This document shows positions 11,024 to 21,556 of a DNA stretch of 64,000 nt, piece by piece. The translations under genes and the position numbers were made by a program. Location: NCBI GenBank assembly GCA_903871775.1, contig CAIQIA010000020.1, positions 26,087 to 90,086 of the forward strand. Direction: 5' to 3'. The notes beneath the pieces were generated by a model. That model did not search any database and was not told the origin of the DNA. It saw only the letters and a program-made list of their open reading frames with translations. The stretch comes from an uncultured cyanobacterium (GTDB lineage: Bacteria; Cyanobacteriota; Cyanobacteriia; PCC-6307; Cyanobiaceae). The first letter of the stretch is position 1; the number at the start of each line of letters is the position of its first letter.

Positions 11024-11053
11024 AGGGCCCGACGGAGATCGTCAGGGATCGGT

Positions 11054-11545
11054 TCAGCCCACGCTCCAGACACCACCGGCGATCTTGACCAGTGGGGTCA
11101 CCAGGGCGGTGCCGGCCAGGAACCAGGCGAAGGCGGCACCACCGCAACCGCCGAGCCAGAAGCCGCTGGCGAATTCAGCCCAGCCGGCCTTGGTGAAGAG
11201 ATCGGCAGGGGGATTGTCGATGGTGGCGTCGGGCGGTTGCACGTTCGGTCCGCGACCGGCCGTGCCATAGATCGACAGGCACACGGTCAGGATCGAGACC
11301 AGACCGATGGTGGCCAGCAGTCCGGCCGTGGTGGCGTAGTCGGTGTTGCGGAGGGGTCCGCAGATGCTGAAGGGGCCGTAGAGGAAGAACCCATGGGCCA
11401 TGCCCACTTCCAGACCGCGGCGGTTCGGAGACAGGGCCGGCCGGTAGGCGGGCAGGGCATTGAGATAGGCCTTGGTGAACCAGCTGCTGTTCACCGGAGT
11501 GGCGAGGTTGCCGACGGTGGGGTCGGCCACGGGGGTGACAGTCAT
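11054..11545 (-). CDS. psaL: Photosystem I reaction centre subunit XI
   Basis: [59 protein letters not shown] is a typical PsaL sequence. Confidence 0.95.
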   Translation of the reverse strand: MTVTPVADPTVGNLATPVNSSWFTKAYLNALPAYRPALSPNRRGLEVGMAHGFFLYGPFSICGPLRNTDYATTAGLLATIGLVSILTVCLSIYGTAGRGPNVQPPDATIDNPPADLFTKAGWAEFASGFWLGGCGGAAFAWFLAGTALVTPLVKIAGGVWSVG

Positions 11546-11546
11546 T

Positions 11547-11663
11547 TCAGTCGCGAGCCTCGATCACGTTGAACAGCAGGGCCATGGCCACCGCCGGCAG
11601 GCCGATCCCCACCAGGGGGATGAACACCGAGGGCAGCCAGGCGGCGGCAAAATCTCCCGTCAT
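11547..11663 (-). CDS. psaI: Photosystem I subunit VIII (38 aa)
   Basis: Internal ATG (11663) of ORF 11547..11783. The product [38 protein letters not shown] is a single-TM PsaI. Its stop lies 1 nt upstream of the psaL ATG. Confidence 0.85.
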   Translation of the reverse strand: MTGDFAAAWLPSVFIPLVGIGLPAVAMALLFNVIEARD

Positions 11664-11779
11664 TGGTTGATTGCGGTTGACGACACCCGTCAGGAGGGTC
11701 CGGACGAAACGCCCGGTGCTCGGACTGTAAGGATCCCCCCGGCCGCCACCGGCGGGTGGCGTCGGGGCGACATAAAAAT

Positions 11780-12790
11780 TCAACCCGCCCCCTGGCAGAG
11801 GGCCGGGGCCGGCTGGCCCCGGAGGGTGGTGCGGATCCTGTAGATGGGCCGACCCTGGCTTTCGTGGTACGTGCGCATCATCAGTTCCGCCAGCAGGCCG
11901 AAGCAGAACAGCTGCACCCCCGTGAGCACCAGCAGCACGCAGAGCGTCAGCAGGGGCCGGTTGCCGATGTCGTGGCCCAGCAGCTTTTCGATGATCAGCG
12001 CGGCGGCCATGGCGCCGCCCCCCCCGAGGGCCAGCAGGCCCCAGAAGCCGAAGACATGCATCGGCCGCGTGAGGAATCGCTTCATGAACCAGACCGTCAG
12101 CAGATCCATCAGCACGCGGAAGGTCCGGTCGATGCCGTACTTGCTCCGACCGAACTGGCGGGCGTGGTGGTTGACCTTCACCTCGGTGATGCGGGCCCCC
12201 TCGATGAAGGCCAGGGCCGGCAGGAAACGGTGCAGTTCGCCGTAGAGGTTCATGTCGGTCAGCACCTCACGGCGGTAGGCCTTCAGGGAACAGCCGTAGT
12301 CGTGTAGCCGCACGCCCGTGACGCGGGCGATCAGGCGGTTGGCGATCAGCGACGGCAGCAGTCGGCTCACGGCCGCATCCTGCCGCTGATGGCGCCAGCC
12401 GCTCACGAGGTCGTAGCCCTCCCGCAGCTTGCTGACCATCAGCGGGATGTCGGCTGGATCGTTCTGCAGGTCACCATCGAGGGTGACGATCTCATCACCG
12501 CCGCTGGCGTCAAAGCCGGCAGCCATGGCCGCCGTCTGGCCGTAGTTGCGCCGCAGCAGCACGGCCACCAGTTCCGGTGTCTGCTGACTCAGGGTTTCCA
12601 GCATCCTGGCCGTCCCGTCGCTGGATCCGTCGTCCACAAGGACCAGCTCAAAGGGTTCCTGCAACGGTCGCAGGCTGGCCAGAAGCTGGCTGACCAGTGG
12701 GGTCACGCTCTCCTCCTCGTTGAAGAGGGGGATCACCACGGACAGGGTCACGGCGCCGGCGCTCAGGGAAGGTGCGAGCCATCGTGGCAC
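11780..12790 (-). CDS. Family 2 glycosyltransferase (polyprenyl-phosphate sugar transferase-like, with C-terminal TM helices)
   Basis: LSVVIPLFNEEESV..LVLVDDGSSDGT..VTLDGDLQNDP are GT2 motifs. Two C-terminal hydrophobic helices resemble those of GtrB/ArnC-type enzymes. Confidence 0.85.
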   Translation of the reverse strand: MPRWLAPSLSAGAVTLSVVIPLFNEEESVTPLVSQLLASLRPLQEPFELVLVDDGSSDGTARMLETLSQQTPELVAVLLRRNYGQTAAMAAGFDASGGDEIVTLDGDLQNDPADIPLMVSKLREGYDLVSGWRHQRQDAAVSRLLPSLIANRLIARVTGVRLHDYGCSLKAYRREVLTDMNLYGELHRFLPALAFIEGARITEVKVNHHARQFGRSKYGIDRTFRVLMDLLTVWFMKRFLTRPMHVFGFWGLLALGGGGAMAAALIIEKLLGHDIGNRPLLTLCVLLVLTGVQLFCFGLLAELMMRTYHESQGRPIYRIRTTLRGQPAPALCQGAG

Positions 12791-13479
12791 CGCTGCACCC
12801 GCCCGGCCCCCCGCAGTTCTGCTGCATAGTGACTCGCCACGGGGTGGTCATCGCGGCTGCGCAGGCTGTCTTCGCCGATGCCGTTGCGACCGTGGGCACG
12901 GCCTGAGCTGTGCAGATACCGGCCTCCGCCCAGATGCAGGCCGACGTGGGTGCAGCGCCGGGCCGTGCCGAAGAAGATCAGATCGCCGGGCCGCAGCAGC
13001 CGCAGGTCATCGATGGCCACCGCCACCGGCATGCAGAAGCGTTCCTGCTGGTAGGCATCCCGGGGAATCCAGATCCCCGCTGAGGCAAAGGCCGTCTGCA
13101 TCAGTCCCGAACAGTCGAAGTCGGGCCCGAGGGTGCCTCCCCAGAGGTACTGGTTGGGCACCGCCGCCGCCGCCAGGGCGAAGGCGATCACCTGCGGCAG
13201 CTGCGCGGCGATGGCAGGGGCCGCCAGCAGCCGGGGGCGATGGGGACCGCAGGCCACCGTTTGGGTCTCCAGCGCCTCCTGGTCACACCAGCCCCGGTAG
13301 CCATCCTCGAGCAGCTCCACGAGCCGTTGCTGGTTCTGGGCTGGGTCCGCCAGCAGGCGCAGCCGCCGTCCGGCCTGGGCCTGGGTGGCCAGGCCCGGCC
13401 CACCGGGGCGGCTGTGCAGGTCGAGAGGTGCCTGCAGCAGCCGCGGGCCGCCGGCCACCGGGTTGTCTACGCTCGCCAC
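12763..13479 (-). CDS. NlpC/P60 family cell-wall peptidase (start uncertain)
   Basis: The C-terminal part is YLWGGTLGPDFDCSGLMQTAFASAGIWIPRDAYQQ..GDLIFFG..THVGLHLGGGRYLHS (catalytic Cys/His). The maximal ORF reaches 13770 but would overlap the divergent gene. I propose GTG 13479 as the start. Confidence 0.7.
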   Translation of the reverse strand: MASVDNPVAGGPRLLQAPLDLHSRPGGPGLATQAQAGRRLRLLADPAQNQQRLVELLEDGYRGWCDQEALETQTVACGPHRPRLLAAPAIAAQLPQVIAFALAAAAVPNQYLWGGTLGPDFDCSGLMQTAFASAGIWIPRDAYQQERFCMPVAVAIDDLRLLRPGDLIFFGTARRCTHVGLHLGGGRYLHSSGRAHGRNGIGEDSLRSRDDHPVASHYAAELRGAGRVQRCHDGSHLP

Positions 13480-13494
13480 GACAGGGGATGGGAC

Positions 13495-14424
13495 ATGGGG
13501 TTCTACCGACAGGATCCCGCACTCGAGGCCTGGCTGGCGGCCACCGTGGGCCGCCTTGCTGAGGCCCGTGGGGGCTGGGACGGGGCCATCAGCGTCACCT
13601 GCCTGATCGCCGACAGCGATCCGCCGGGGACGGGCCCGACCCGTGTCCGTGGGGCTTCCGTGGCGGGCCATCAATGTCGCTATCCGGCCAGCGTCGTCAA
13701 GCTCGTTTACCTGGCGGCGATCGAAGCCTGGCTGGCGCAGGATCTTCTGGGCGACGGGCCGGAACTGCAACGGGCCCTCGCCGACATGATCCGCGATTCC
13801 GGCAACGACGCCACCAGCTATGTGGTGGACCTGCTGACCGGCACCGGCAGTGGTCCCGAGCTGCCGGCGGAACCCTTCCGGCGCTGGAGTGAGCAGCGGC
13901 AGCTGATCAATCGCTGGTTCGAGGGGCTGGGCTGGCCCGAATGGCAGGGATGCAACGCCTGCCAGAAGACCTGGGCCGAGGGGCCCTACGGCCGGGAGCG
14001 CCAGTCGTATGGGGCGGCCCTCGAGAACCGCAACCGCCTGACCACCGAGGTCACGGCCCGGCTGCTCCTGGCGGTGATGGCTGGGGAGTGGGTGTCACCC
14101 CAGGCCAGTGCGCGCATGCAGGCCCTGCTCGCCCGCAGCCTCGACCCGGAGGCGCGGCGGGCGGATCCGGAGAACCAGGTGGATGGATTCGTGGGGGAAG
14201 GATTGCCGGCCGGCAGTCGCCTCTGGAGCAAGGCCGGCTGGATGAGCCAGGCCCGCCATGATGCGGCCTACTGCGTAGTGCCCGACACGCCACCGTTTTT
14301 GCTCGTGGCCTTCGGCGAGGGCCACGGACCGGCCACCGATGCCACCTGGATCCCTGCGCTGTGCCGTGGGCTGGTGCAATGGCTGCAGTCCCCGGCTGAT
14401 GGGACCCCGTCTGTGCCCGTGTGA
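13495..14424 (+). CDS. Serine hydrolase, class A beta-lactamase-related
   Basis: Internal ATG 13495 (MGFYRQDPALEAWL) of ORF 13240..14424. The motifs RYPASVVKLVYL (SxxK-like), SGNDA (SxN-like) and KAGW (KTG-like) appear in the correct order. Confidence 0.65.
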   Translation: MGFYRQDPALEAWLAATVGRLAEARGGWDGAISVTCLIADSDPPGTGPTRVRGASVAGHQCRYPASVVKLVYLAAIEAWLAQDLLGDGPELQRALADMIRDSGNDATSYVVDLLTGTGSGPELPAEPFRRWSEQRQLINRWFEGLGWPEWQGCNACQKTWAEGPYGRERQSYGAALENRNRLTTEVTARLLLAVMAGEWVSPQASARMQALLARSLDPEARRADPENQVDGFVGEGLPAGSRLWSKAGWMSQARHDAAYCVVPDTPPFLLVAFGEGHGPATDATWIPALCRGLVQWLQSPADGTPSVPV

Positions 14425-14481
14425 CCCTGCCGGATCCGCAGGGATCTGCTCAGGGATCAACGGGTGTCGTTGTCGGGAGAA

Positions 14482-14570
14482 CGGAGAGGGAGGGATTCGA
14501 ACCCTCGACAGAAGTTGCCTCCTGTAACTCCTTAGCAGGGAGCCGCTTTCAACCGCTCAGCCACCTCTCC
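14482..14570 (-). tRNA. tRNA-Ser (anticodon GCU), type II with a long variable arm
   Basis: The reverse complement is GGAGAGGTGGCTGAGCGGTTGAAAGCGGCTCCCTGCTAAGGAGT...GAGGGTTCGAATCCCTCCCTCTCCG. It folds manually into a cloverleaf with anticodon loop CTGCTAA. No CCA is encoded. Confidence 0.9.
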
Positions 14571-14588
14571 AGCGGTCGTCCCACCCTA

Positions 14589-15794
14589 TCAGCCGCTGAT
14601 CACCTCGGCTTCGTGGCCGACGGGGAGCCTGGGAAGCCGCTGGCGGAAGCCGCAGAGGATCTCCCACGGGATGGTGTCGGCGAGGTCAGCCCATTCCGCG
14701 GCTTCGATCGATCCCCCCGCCGATTCCCCCAGCAGGGTCACCACATCCCCAGGACCCAGCGCCGGGCAGTCGGTGGCATCGATCACCAGCTGGTCCATGG
14801 TGATCTTTCCCACCTGGGGCAGGCGCTGGCCGTGGGCCAGCACCTGCAGCCTGTTGGAGAGGGAGCGGACCACCCCATCGGCGTAGCCGATGCCCACGAC
14901 GGCCAGACGGCTGGGCCGGCGGGTCACGAAGCTGTGGCCGTAGCTCACCCCCACCCCCGCCGGAACGCTGCGCACCATGGTCACCCTGGCGCGCACGCTC
15001 ATGGCGGGCCGCAGGGCCAGCCGCCCGCGCAGGTGAGGGGCCGGGGCGTGGCCGTAGAGGGCCAGCCCCACCCGGACCATGTCGAACTGCAGCGTGGGGT
15101 CACCTGCCAGGGTGCCGGCGGAGTTGGCCAGGTGCCGCAGGCCCGGCCTCAGTTCAAGCTCCGCCAGGCGGGTCAGCACCACGGTGAACCGCTGCAGCTG
15201 CTGACGGGTGATGGTGTCGTCCGGGTTGTCGGCATCCGCCAGATGGGAGTAGACGCCGCGCAGACGAACCCCGTCGAGGCCCGCCAGGCTGTCGAGGAGC
15301 GCGGGGCCCTCATCCCACGCGACCCCAAGACGGGTCATGCCGGTGTCGAGCTTGAGGTGCACCTCCAGCTCACGGCCGCCGGCGATGCCGACATTGCTCG
15401 CCACCAGCGCCTGGCTCAGGCTGCTGAGGGTGGGCATCAGTCCCCAATGCAGACAGGCGCGAAGTTCGGAGGGCTGGGTGAGATTTCCCAGCACCAGCAC
15501 CGGTTCGTTGATGCCGGCCTGTCGCAGTTCGATCGCCTCGGCCAGGGTGGCGACACCGAAGCTGCCGGCACCACCTTCGCGGGCGGCTTCTGCCACCGTC
15601 ACGGCCCCATGGCCGTAACCATCGGCCTTGACCACGGCCATCAGGGCTGACCTTGGCGCCAGTGATTCCCTGACCCTGCGGGTGTTGGTGGTGATGGCAC
15701 CGCGATCGATCTCGACCCAGGCCCGCTGGCGGGGGCAAAGATCCAGGGAGGAGGGCAGCACCTCAGGTCCGGAGATGTGATGCGGTAGCGACAT
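14589..15794 (-). CDS. alr: Alanine racemase
   Basis: AVVKADGYGHGAVTVAEAA (PLP-Lys motif) is present, and the sequence looks Alr-like along its full length. The ORF extends to ATG 15845. I prefer ATG 15794 (MSLPHHISG) because it avoids overlap with the divergent gene. Confidence 0.88.
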   Translation of the reverse strand: MSLPHHISGPEVLPSSLDLCPRQRAWVEIDRGAITTNTRRVRESLAPRSALMAVVKADGYGHGAVTVAEAAREGGAGSFGVATLAEAIELRQAGINEPVLVLGNLTQPSELRACLHWGLMPTLSSLSQALVASNVGIAGGRELEVHLKLDTGMTRLGVAWDEGPALLDSLAGLDGVRLRGVYSHLADADNPDDTITRQQLQRFTVVLTRLAELELRPGLRHLANSAGTLAGDPTLQFDMVRVGLALYGHAPAPHLRGRLALRPAMSVRARVTMVRSVPAGVGVSYGHSFVTRRPSRLAVVGIGYADGVVRSLSNRLQVLAHGQRLPQVGKITMDQLVIDATDCPALGPGDVVTLLGESAGGSIEAAEWADLADTIPWEILCGFRQRLPRLPVGHEAEVISG

Positions 15795-15843
15795 CGGCAG
15801 TCTCGGACACGTTGCTAGCATGCCTGCGATCAGCGGGGCTGGC

Positions 15844-16341
15844 ATGGGCCACGTTCTCGTTCTGAATGCGTCTTATGAACCGCTGAACATCACCAGCTGG
15901 CGGCGGGCTGCTGTGATGATTCTCAAGGGCAAGGCCGAGGGCCTGGAACATGACGATCGCCTGCTGCGCCGTGATGTGTTTCTGCCGACGGTGATACGTC
16001 TGCGCCAGTTCGTGCGCATTCCATACAAGGAGATGCCCCTCACCCGCCGGAATGTCTTCCAGCGTGATGGCCATGCCTGTCAGTACTGCGGCTATCGGGG
16101 CGACCAACTGTCGATCGACCATGTGCTTCCCCGCAGTCGCGGCGGCCCGGACACCTGGGAGAATGTGATCACGGCCTGCATCCGCTGCAACGTGGGCAAG
16201 GGCAACCGCACTCCGCGCGAGGCCCAGATGATGATGCGATCCGTGCCCCGGCGACCGATCAGCACGCTCTTTTTCGAAGCGTCGAGACAGATTCAGAATG
16301 GCCGCCATGCCGAATGGCGCAAGTACGTGATTGGGGCCTGA
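15844..16341 (+). CDS. HNH endonuclease family protein
   Basis: MGHVLVLNASYEPLNITSWRRA...CQYCGYRGDQLSIDHVLPRSRGGPDTWENVITACIRCN (HNH motif). An alternative ATG lies at 15820. Confidence 0.8.
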   Translation: MGHVLVLNASYEPLNITSWRRAAVMILKGKAEGLEHDDRLLRRDVFLPTVIRLRQFVRIPYKEMPLTRRNVFQRDGHACQYCGYRGDQLSIDHVLPRSRGGPDTWENVITACIRCNVGKGNRTPREAQMMMRSVPRRPISTLFFEASRQIQNGRHAEWRKYVIGA

Positions 16342-16370
16342 GTCCACGAGGGGCCAGCCTTCGCCAGGCG

Positions 16371-17465
16371 TCACGACGGGGCCAGGAACAGCTGCTGCAG
16401 CTGCTCCTGCTGATCGGCATGCAGACAGGCATCGATGAGTTCGCGCAGATCGCCGTTCAGCACGGGCTCGAGCGGGAAGTTCCGGCCCAGCCGATGATCG
16501 GTCACGCGGTTGTCCTTGTAGTTGTACGTCCTGATCTTTTCGCTGCGATCCCCAGCGCCCACCTGGGATCGCCGCAGGGCTGACTCGCTGGCATCGGCTT
16601 CGGCCTGCCGCTGGGCCAGCAGCTTGGCCCGCAGAATCTCCAGGGCCCGTTCCCGGTTCTGCAGCTGTGAGCGCTCCTGGGTGCAGAAGACGCGGATGCC
16701 GCTGGGGCGGTGCAGCAGGTCGACGGCCGTCTCGACCTTGTTGACGTTCTGTCCGCCGGCGCCGCCGGAGCGGGCCGTGCCGATCTCCAGATCCTTCGGA
16801 TCAATGATCACCTCCACCGGGTCGGCCTCCGGCATCACGGCGACGGTGGCCGTCGAGGTGTGCACCCGACCCTGGGCCTCGGTGGCGGGCACCCGTTGCA
16901 CACGATGGACACCGGCCTCGTACTTGAGTCGGCTGAAGACGGCCTGGCCCCGCACCGACAGGATGACCTGGCGGTAGCCCCCCAGTTCGGCTTCCGAAGC
17001 ACTCACCGGTTCGATCCGCCAGCCCAGGGACGGGCCATAGCGTTCATACATCCGTGCCAGGTCTCCGGCCCAGAGGGCTGCCTCGTCGCCGCCCGCTCCG
17101 GCGCGGATTTCAAGCATCACATTGCGTTCATCGCGGGGATCCTGGGGCAGCAGCGACCGCTCCAGACTGGCCTGCAGCTGCCGTCGTTCTTCGTCGATCC
17201 GGGTCAGGTCCTGCTCGGCGAGTTCCGCGAGTTCCCGATCGTCGCGGTGCTGGGTCAGCAGTTGCCGGGTGTCGTTCCACTCGCGTTCCAGCTCCTGGAG
17301 ACGTCGATAGTTTGTGACCACGGGCTCCAACCTTGCCCTTTCCCGGGCAAGGCGCTGGAGCTCGTCAGGGTCTGCCGTGACGGCTGGATCCGCCAGCTGT
17401 CGTTCCAGATTGCCGAATGTCTCACAGGTGGTCTGGAGCCTGGCCACCAGGAAGGAACTCTCCAC
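16371..17465 (-). CDS. prfA: Peptide chain release factor 1
   Basis: It has the GGQ motif ([16 protein letters not shown]) and the PAT tripeptide ([14 protein letters not shown]) typical of RF1. Confidence 0.95.
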   Translation of the reverse strand: MESSFLVARLQTTCETFGNLERQLADPAVTADPDELQRLARERARLEPVVTNYRRLQELEREWNDTRQLLTQHRDDRELAELAEQDLTRIDEERRQLQASLERSLLPQDPRDERNVMLEIRAGAGGDEAALWAGDLARMYERYGPSLGWRIEPVSASEAELGGYRQVILSVRGQAVFSRLKYEAGVHRVQRVPATEAQGRVHTSTATVAVMPEADPVEVIIDPKDLEIGTARSGGAGGQNVNKVETAVDLLHRPSGIRVFCTQERSQLQNRERALEILRAKLLAQRQAEADASESALRRSQVGAGDRSEKIRTYNYKDNRVTDHRLGRNFPLEPVLNGDLRELIDACLHADQQEQLQQLFLAPS

Positions 17466-17504
17466 AGCAGGGGAGGTCAGGGGGAGGGGATGAAGAGCTG
17501 GCCA

Positions 17505-17540
17505 ACAAAAAACCGGTCACCACCTGAGGGATGACCGGTT
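17505..17540 (-). terminator. Rho-independent terminator after rpmE
   Basis: On the minus strand, an aaccggtca...tgaccggtt stem is followed by TTTTTGTTGG. Confidence 0.6.
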
Positions 17541-17563
17541 GCACAGGCGGATGGTCTCAAAGG

Positions 17564-17791
17564 TCAGTCGGCTTTGTCGGCCTTGGCCGCCATGCCGTAC
17601 TTGCGCATGAAACGATCCACACGCCCTTCTGTGTCAAGGATCTTCTGGGTGCCGGTGTAGAAGGGATGGTTGCCGCTCCAGACTTCCACATGAAGCTCGG
17701 GGACGGTGGAACCCGTGGTCATGACGACCTCACCGTTGCAGATCACCTTGGCGTCGGGGTACCAGGTGGGATGAATGTCGGTCTTGGGCAT
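17564..17791 (-). CDS. rpmE: 50S ribosomal protein L31
   Basis: Internal ATG 17791 of ORF 17564..17998. The product begins MPKTDIHPTWYPDAKVICNGEVVMTTGST..HPFYTG. Confidence 0.92.
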   Translation of the reverse strand: MPKTDIHPTWYPDAKVICNGEVVMTTGSTVPELHVEVWSGNHPFYTGTQKILDTEGRVDRFMRKYGMAAKADKAD

Positions 17792-17801
17792 GGCGAGATG
17801 A

Positions 17802-18209
17802 TCAACGCTTGGAGAACTGAGGAGCCTTGCGGGCTTTCTTGAGGCCGTACTTCCGGCGCTCCTTGGCCCGGGGATCCCGGCTGAGATGGCCTTCGCTCTT
17901 GAGGGGCTTGCGGTTGTCGGGAGACAGCTCACAAAGGGCGCGGGCCGCCCCCTGCTTGATGGCATCGGCCTGGCCGGTGAGACCACCACCGTGGACATTC
18001 ACCAGAAGGTCATAGTCCTTGGCGAGACCCAGGGTCTCAAGGGGAGCCATCACCGCGCTGATGTAGGCGGGGTTGAAGTTCAGATAGTTGTCCCCGGGGC
18101 GACCGTTAATGGTGATGCTCCCCGAGCCCGGGACGACACGGACGCGGGCCACGGCCGTTTTGCGGCGACCGGTGCCCCAGTAGACGATGCGCTTGCTGCT
18201 GGTGGTCAT
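17802..18209 (-). CDS. rpsI: 30S ribosomal protein S9
   Basis: [22 protein letters not shown]...[25 protein letters not shown]. Confidence 0.96.
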   Translation of the reverse strand: MTTSSKRIVYWGTGRRKTAVARVRVVPGSGSITINGRPGDNYLNFNPAYISAVMAPLETLGLAKDYDLLVNVHGGGLTGQADAIKQGAARALCELSPDNRKPLKSEGHLSRDPRAKERRKYGLKKARKAPQFSKR

Positions 18210-18658
18210 CGGACGCTGGCGGATGGGTTGAGCTGGTGGACTTGCGGCTGCTGAGCGGCGTGGGGGTGGCTCGGACCGCGATACACCTTCAGCTTGCGAT
18301 ACAGCTGACGCCCAAGGGCGTTGTGGGGCAGCATCCCCTTGATGGCGTGCTCAATGATCCGCTCGGGGAGGCGGGCCTGGAGGGCCTGAAAGCTCTCGGT
18401 CTTCATCCCCCCCGGCCGGCCGGAGTGACGTCGGTAGACCTTTTCGGTCGACTTGTTGCCACTCACCCGCACTTTCTCAGCATTGATGACGATGACGAAA
18501 TCGCCAGCGTCGAGGTGGGGCGTGAAGCTTGGCTTGGTCTTGCCACGAAGGATGGAGGCCACTTCGGTGGCCAGGCGACCAAGGCACTGGTTCTCCGCGT
18601 CGACCACGTACCAGACGCGCTCGAGGGAATCGATGGAGGGGACGACTGTTCGGTTCAT
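18206..18658 (-). CDS. rplM: 50S ribosomal protein L13
   Basis: [35 protein letters not shown]. It has a 4-nt overlap with rpsI. Confidence 0.96.
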   Translation of the reverse strand: MNRTVVPSIDSLERVWYVVDAENQCLGRLATEVASILRGKTKPSFTPHLDAGDFVIVINAEKVRVSGNKSTEKVYRRHSGRPGGMKTESFQALQARLPERIIEHAIKGMLPHNALGRQLYRKLKVYRGPSHPHAAQQPQVHQLNPSASVR

Positions 18659-18745
18659 CTCACCGGTGGGCCGGACTCACGGGACGGGTCTGTCCCCCGT
18701 CGGCTGGCCGGGGACAGGGATCAGAAATGATCAGGGGAGCCCTGG

Positions 18746-19666
18746 TCATTCCTCTGGTTCACTCTCCTGAGGGTACTTCAGCGGTTGGCCGCCGGTTCCG
18801 GAGGGTGATCCCGCAGCAGCAGGGGATGGAGGATCTCTCTCCTCCATCTGGTACCGCGGTTGTCCAGAGTACCATGCGGTACCGCTGAAAATCCTTGTGG
18901 GGTAGCCCACCCGCAGCAGGCAGAGTCCCTGGGGTGGAGCGGCGTCCCGAACCTCGTCACGGCGCCCTTCCTGCCAGCGTCGCTTGAACATCTCTGGAGC
19001 CAGGCTGCCTTCCCCCACGCAGACCAGCTGCCCGACGAGAAGACGGACCATGCCGTACAGAAAGCCTGAGGCCTGGATCTCAAGGGTCAGGAGATCGCCC
19101 TGGCGATGCAGCTCGACCTCCTGAACGGTCGTGCGGGCATGGGCCCTGCGACTGCCTGACCGCTGGAAGGCCCTGAAGTCATGCTCACCAAGCAGACCGT
19201 TGAGGGCTGAGGCCATGGCCTCCTCGTTCAGCAGCACCTGGTAGCGATGCCAACTCCAGGGGGCCAGAAACAGGTTGGGGGTCCGGCCGTTGTAGATCGT
19301 GTAGCGGTAACGGCGGTGCAGGGCTGAGAAGCAGGCATGCCAGGTGCCTGGGACTGCGCCCGCAGCACTGATGCGAATGCTGGCCGGAAGCCGGCCATTC
19401 AGGGCCTTGGGCCAGCGATGGGCGGGTATGGGGCCGCTGGAGTCAAAGTGGATGACCTGGCCGGCCGCGTGCACACCCGCATCCGTTCTGCCTGCAGCAG
19501 CGCATCCGTTGATTGTGGGATCAAGGGAGTGAAGGGCCTGTTCAAGAACAAGCTGAACGCTCGGTTTGCCCTTCGGATGGCTCTGACGTTGCCAACCGCA
19601 GTAAGGGGCCCCCTCGTACTGCACGCAGAGGGCAACCCTGCCGGAGTGATCCGGGGATCGGCTCAA
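18746..19666 (-). CDS. truA: tRNA pseudouridine(38-40) synthase
   Basis: [37 protein letters not shown] (catalytic Asp motif). It has a 4-nt overlap with rplQ. Confidence 0.9.
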   Translation of the reverse strand: MSRSPDHSGRVALCVQYEGAPYCGWQRQSHPKGKPSVQLVLEQALHSLDPTINGCAAAGRTDAGVHAAGQVIHFDSSGPIPAHRWPKALNGRLPASIRISAAGAVPGTWHACFSALHRRYRYTIYNGRTPNLFLAPWSWHRYQVLLNEEAMASALNGLLGEHDFRAFQRSGSRRAHARTTVQEVELHRQGDLLTLEIQASGFLYGMVRLLVGQLVCVGEGSLAPEMFKRRWQEGRRDEVRDAAPPQGLCLLRVGYPTRIFSGTAWYSGQPRYQMEERDPPSPAAAGSPSGTGGQPLKYPQESEPEE

Positions 19667-20013
19667 ACCAGTTCGATGATCGCCATCTCTGCGTTGTCAC
19701 CTCGACGGTGGACGGTCCGGATGATGCGGGTGTAACCGCCCTGGCGCTCGCCGTAGCGCTCGCCTGCTTTCTCAAAGAGGGCGTGGACGAGCTGTTTGTC
19801 GTAGATGTAGCCGAGGGCGCGACGCCTGGACGCCAGGCTTCCCTCCTTGGCCAGCGTGATCATGCGCTCGGCTTCATCCCGGAGGACCTTGGCCCGGGCT
19901 TTTGTGGTGGTCACCCGGCCCTCTCGGATCAGTTGGGTGGTCAGGCCACGCAACATGGCCTTGCGCTGATCGGCGGGGCGGCCCAGTTGGGGAACACGGC
20001 ACTGGTGACGCAT
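19663..20013 (-). CDS. rplQ: 50S ribosomal protein L17
   Basis: [37 protein letters not shown]. Confidence 0.96.
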   Translation of the reverse strand: MRHQCRVPQLGRPADQRKAMLRGLTTQLIREGRVTTTKARAKVLRDEAERMITLAKEGSLASRRRALGYIYDKQLVHALFEKAGERYGERQGGYTRIIRTVHRRGDNAEMAIIELV

Positions 20014-20054
20014 GGTTCTGGTAGGTGGTCAGTGAATGGTTGTTGATCGTAGCT

Positions 20055-20993
20055 TCAGGCCGACGTGCGGCTCTGGGGCAGGGTGATGCCGATCCGTTCA
20101 AGGGCTTCGATGACCTCGTCAGCAGACTTCGAACCGAAGTTCTTGATCTCCAGAAGATCTTCGTAGCTGAACCCCATGAGATCAGACACGGAATTCACCT
20201 GGGCCCTCTTGAGGCAGTTGTAAGCCCGCACCGAGAGGTTCAGCTCTTCGAGGGGGATCTGGCTTTCAGCTGAGGGCTCCGGTTCCTGGCTCAGATCCTC
20301 AGCAACGGATATCGTTGCCAGGGGCTGGAAGAGGGCAATCAGTTGATTGGCGGCCTGGGCGAGGGCATCGTCGGGGCTCATCGAGCCGTTGGTGACAATG
20401 TCGAGACGGAGTCTCTCCCGAGCAGAACCACCTTCACCAACGGCGGTCTCATCGACGGAGTAGTTGACGCGGCGGACGGGCATGAAGACCGCATCAATCT
20501 GCAGAAGGTCCAGGGCAACCGTGTCCTCCGATGTCCGCTCCACGGGGCGATAGCCGATCCCCCGCTCCACATGGACCTCAAGTTCAAGGGAGTGGCCCTC
20601 CGAAACGGTCGCGATGGGGCTTCGACCGTTGATGACCTGCACTTGAGGGGAGAACTGCAGATCAGCTGCCGTGACCTCGGCTGGACCGTTGATCAGCAAC
20701 CGGCCGATCTCTGTGTCGCGGCTTCTGCTGCTGAGAATCAGCTCCTTGCAGTTGAGCAGGATGTCAAGCACATCTTCCCGGACGCCGGGTACGGTGGCGT
20801 ATTCGTGGTTGACACCACCGATCCGGACGGCAGTGACTGCTGTCCCCTCCAGTCCGCTCATGAGGACGCGACGCAGGGCATTCCCGAGAGTTGTCGCCTG
20901 ACCCCGGTCAAGGGGGCCGATGACGAAGACCCCTGTCTGGGAACGGTCGTCACCGACCTGAAGGTCGACTCGGTCAATCTGGAACTGCAGCAC
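20055..20993 (-). CDS. rpoA: DNA-directed RNA polymerase alpha subunit
   Basis: [26 protein letters not shown]...[22 protein letters not shown] (alpha-CTD). Confidence 0.96.
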   Translation of the reverse strand: MLQFQIDRVDLQVGDDRSQTGVFVIGPLDRGQATTLGNALRRVLMSGLEGTAVTAVRIGGVNHEYATVPGVREDVLDILLNCKELILSSRSRDTEIGRLLINGPAEVTAADLQFSPQVQVINGRSPIATVSEGHSLELEVHVERGIGYRPVERTSEDTVALDLLQIDAVFMPVRRVNYSVDETAVGEGGSARERLRLDIVTNGSMSPDDALAQAANQLIALFQPLATISVAEDLSQEPEPSAESQIPLEELNLSVRAYNCLKRAQVNSVSDLMGFSYEDLLEIKNFGSKSADEVIEALERIGITLPQSRTSA

Positions 20994-21052
20994 GGCAGGA
21001 AGATCGCAGGACGGGGATCGGGCCAGGGGCCCGGTGGTGGATGGGGGAGGAC

Positions 21053-21445
21053 TCAGACGCGACGCCTTTTGGGACGTCGGCAGCCGTTGTGGGGCAGTGG
21101 GGTCACGTCACGGATGAGCGTGATCTCGAGTCCAGCAACCTGCAGGGCTCGGATGGCGGTTTCCCTGCCGGAGCCTGGTCCGCGAACGAGAACCTCGATC
21201 TGGCGCATGCCCTGGTCGAGGGCGCGTCGGGCGGCGGCCTCCGCGGCGGTCTGGGCAGCGAAGGGGGTTCCCTTGCGTGCACCCTTGAAGCCACTGGCAC
21301 CAGCGGACGACCAGGAGATCACCTCTCCAGCCGTGTCGGTGATGGAGACGATGGTGTTGTTGAAAGTGCTCTGGATGTGAGCGACCCCATTGGGGACGTT
21401 CCTCTTGGCCTTCTTGGGGCCGGTTTTCTTGGCAGGTTTGGCCAT
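21053..21445 (-). CDS. rpsK: 30S ribosomal protein S11
   Basis: [30 protein letters not shown]...[16 protein letters not shown]. Confidence 0.96.
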   Translation of the reverse strand: MAKPAKKTGPKKAKRNVPNGVAHIQSTFNNTIVSITDTAGEVISWSSAGASGFKGARKGTPFAAQTAAEAAARRALDQGMRQIEVLVRGPGSGRETAIRALQVAGLEITLIRDVTPLPHNGCRRPKRRRV

Positions 21446-21556
21446 GGAGTCGGGCCTGAACGAGCAGGCAGGTGATCGGGAAACGGTTGGGACTCCGGTG
21501 ACGCCCCTTGGGGAGCGGCGGAGCTGAGGAAGGAGACCCGGCTGGGAGCCCCTGGC

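Noticed and set aside
7762-11088. Several long ORFs overlapping the RND gene (7762..9240 on the plus strand, 9674..10993 on the minus strand, 10003..11088 on the plus strand)
   Set aside because: They are alternate-frame or antisense shadows of a clear 1048-aa AcrB-family gene.
15843-15846. Divergent start codons overlapping as CATG (alr/HNH here, and CAAD/JAB at 44078-44081)
   Set aside because: This is most likely start-codon ambiguity. Alternative downstream starts exist for at least one gene of each pair, so I do not interpret it as real overlap.
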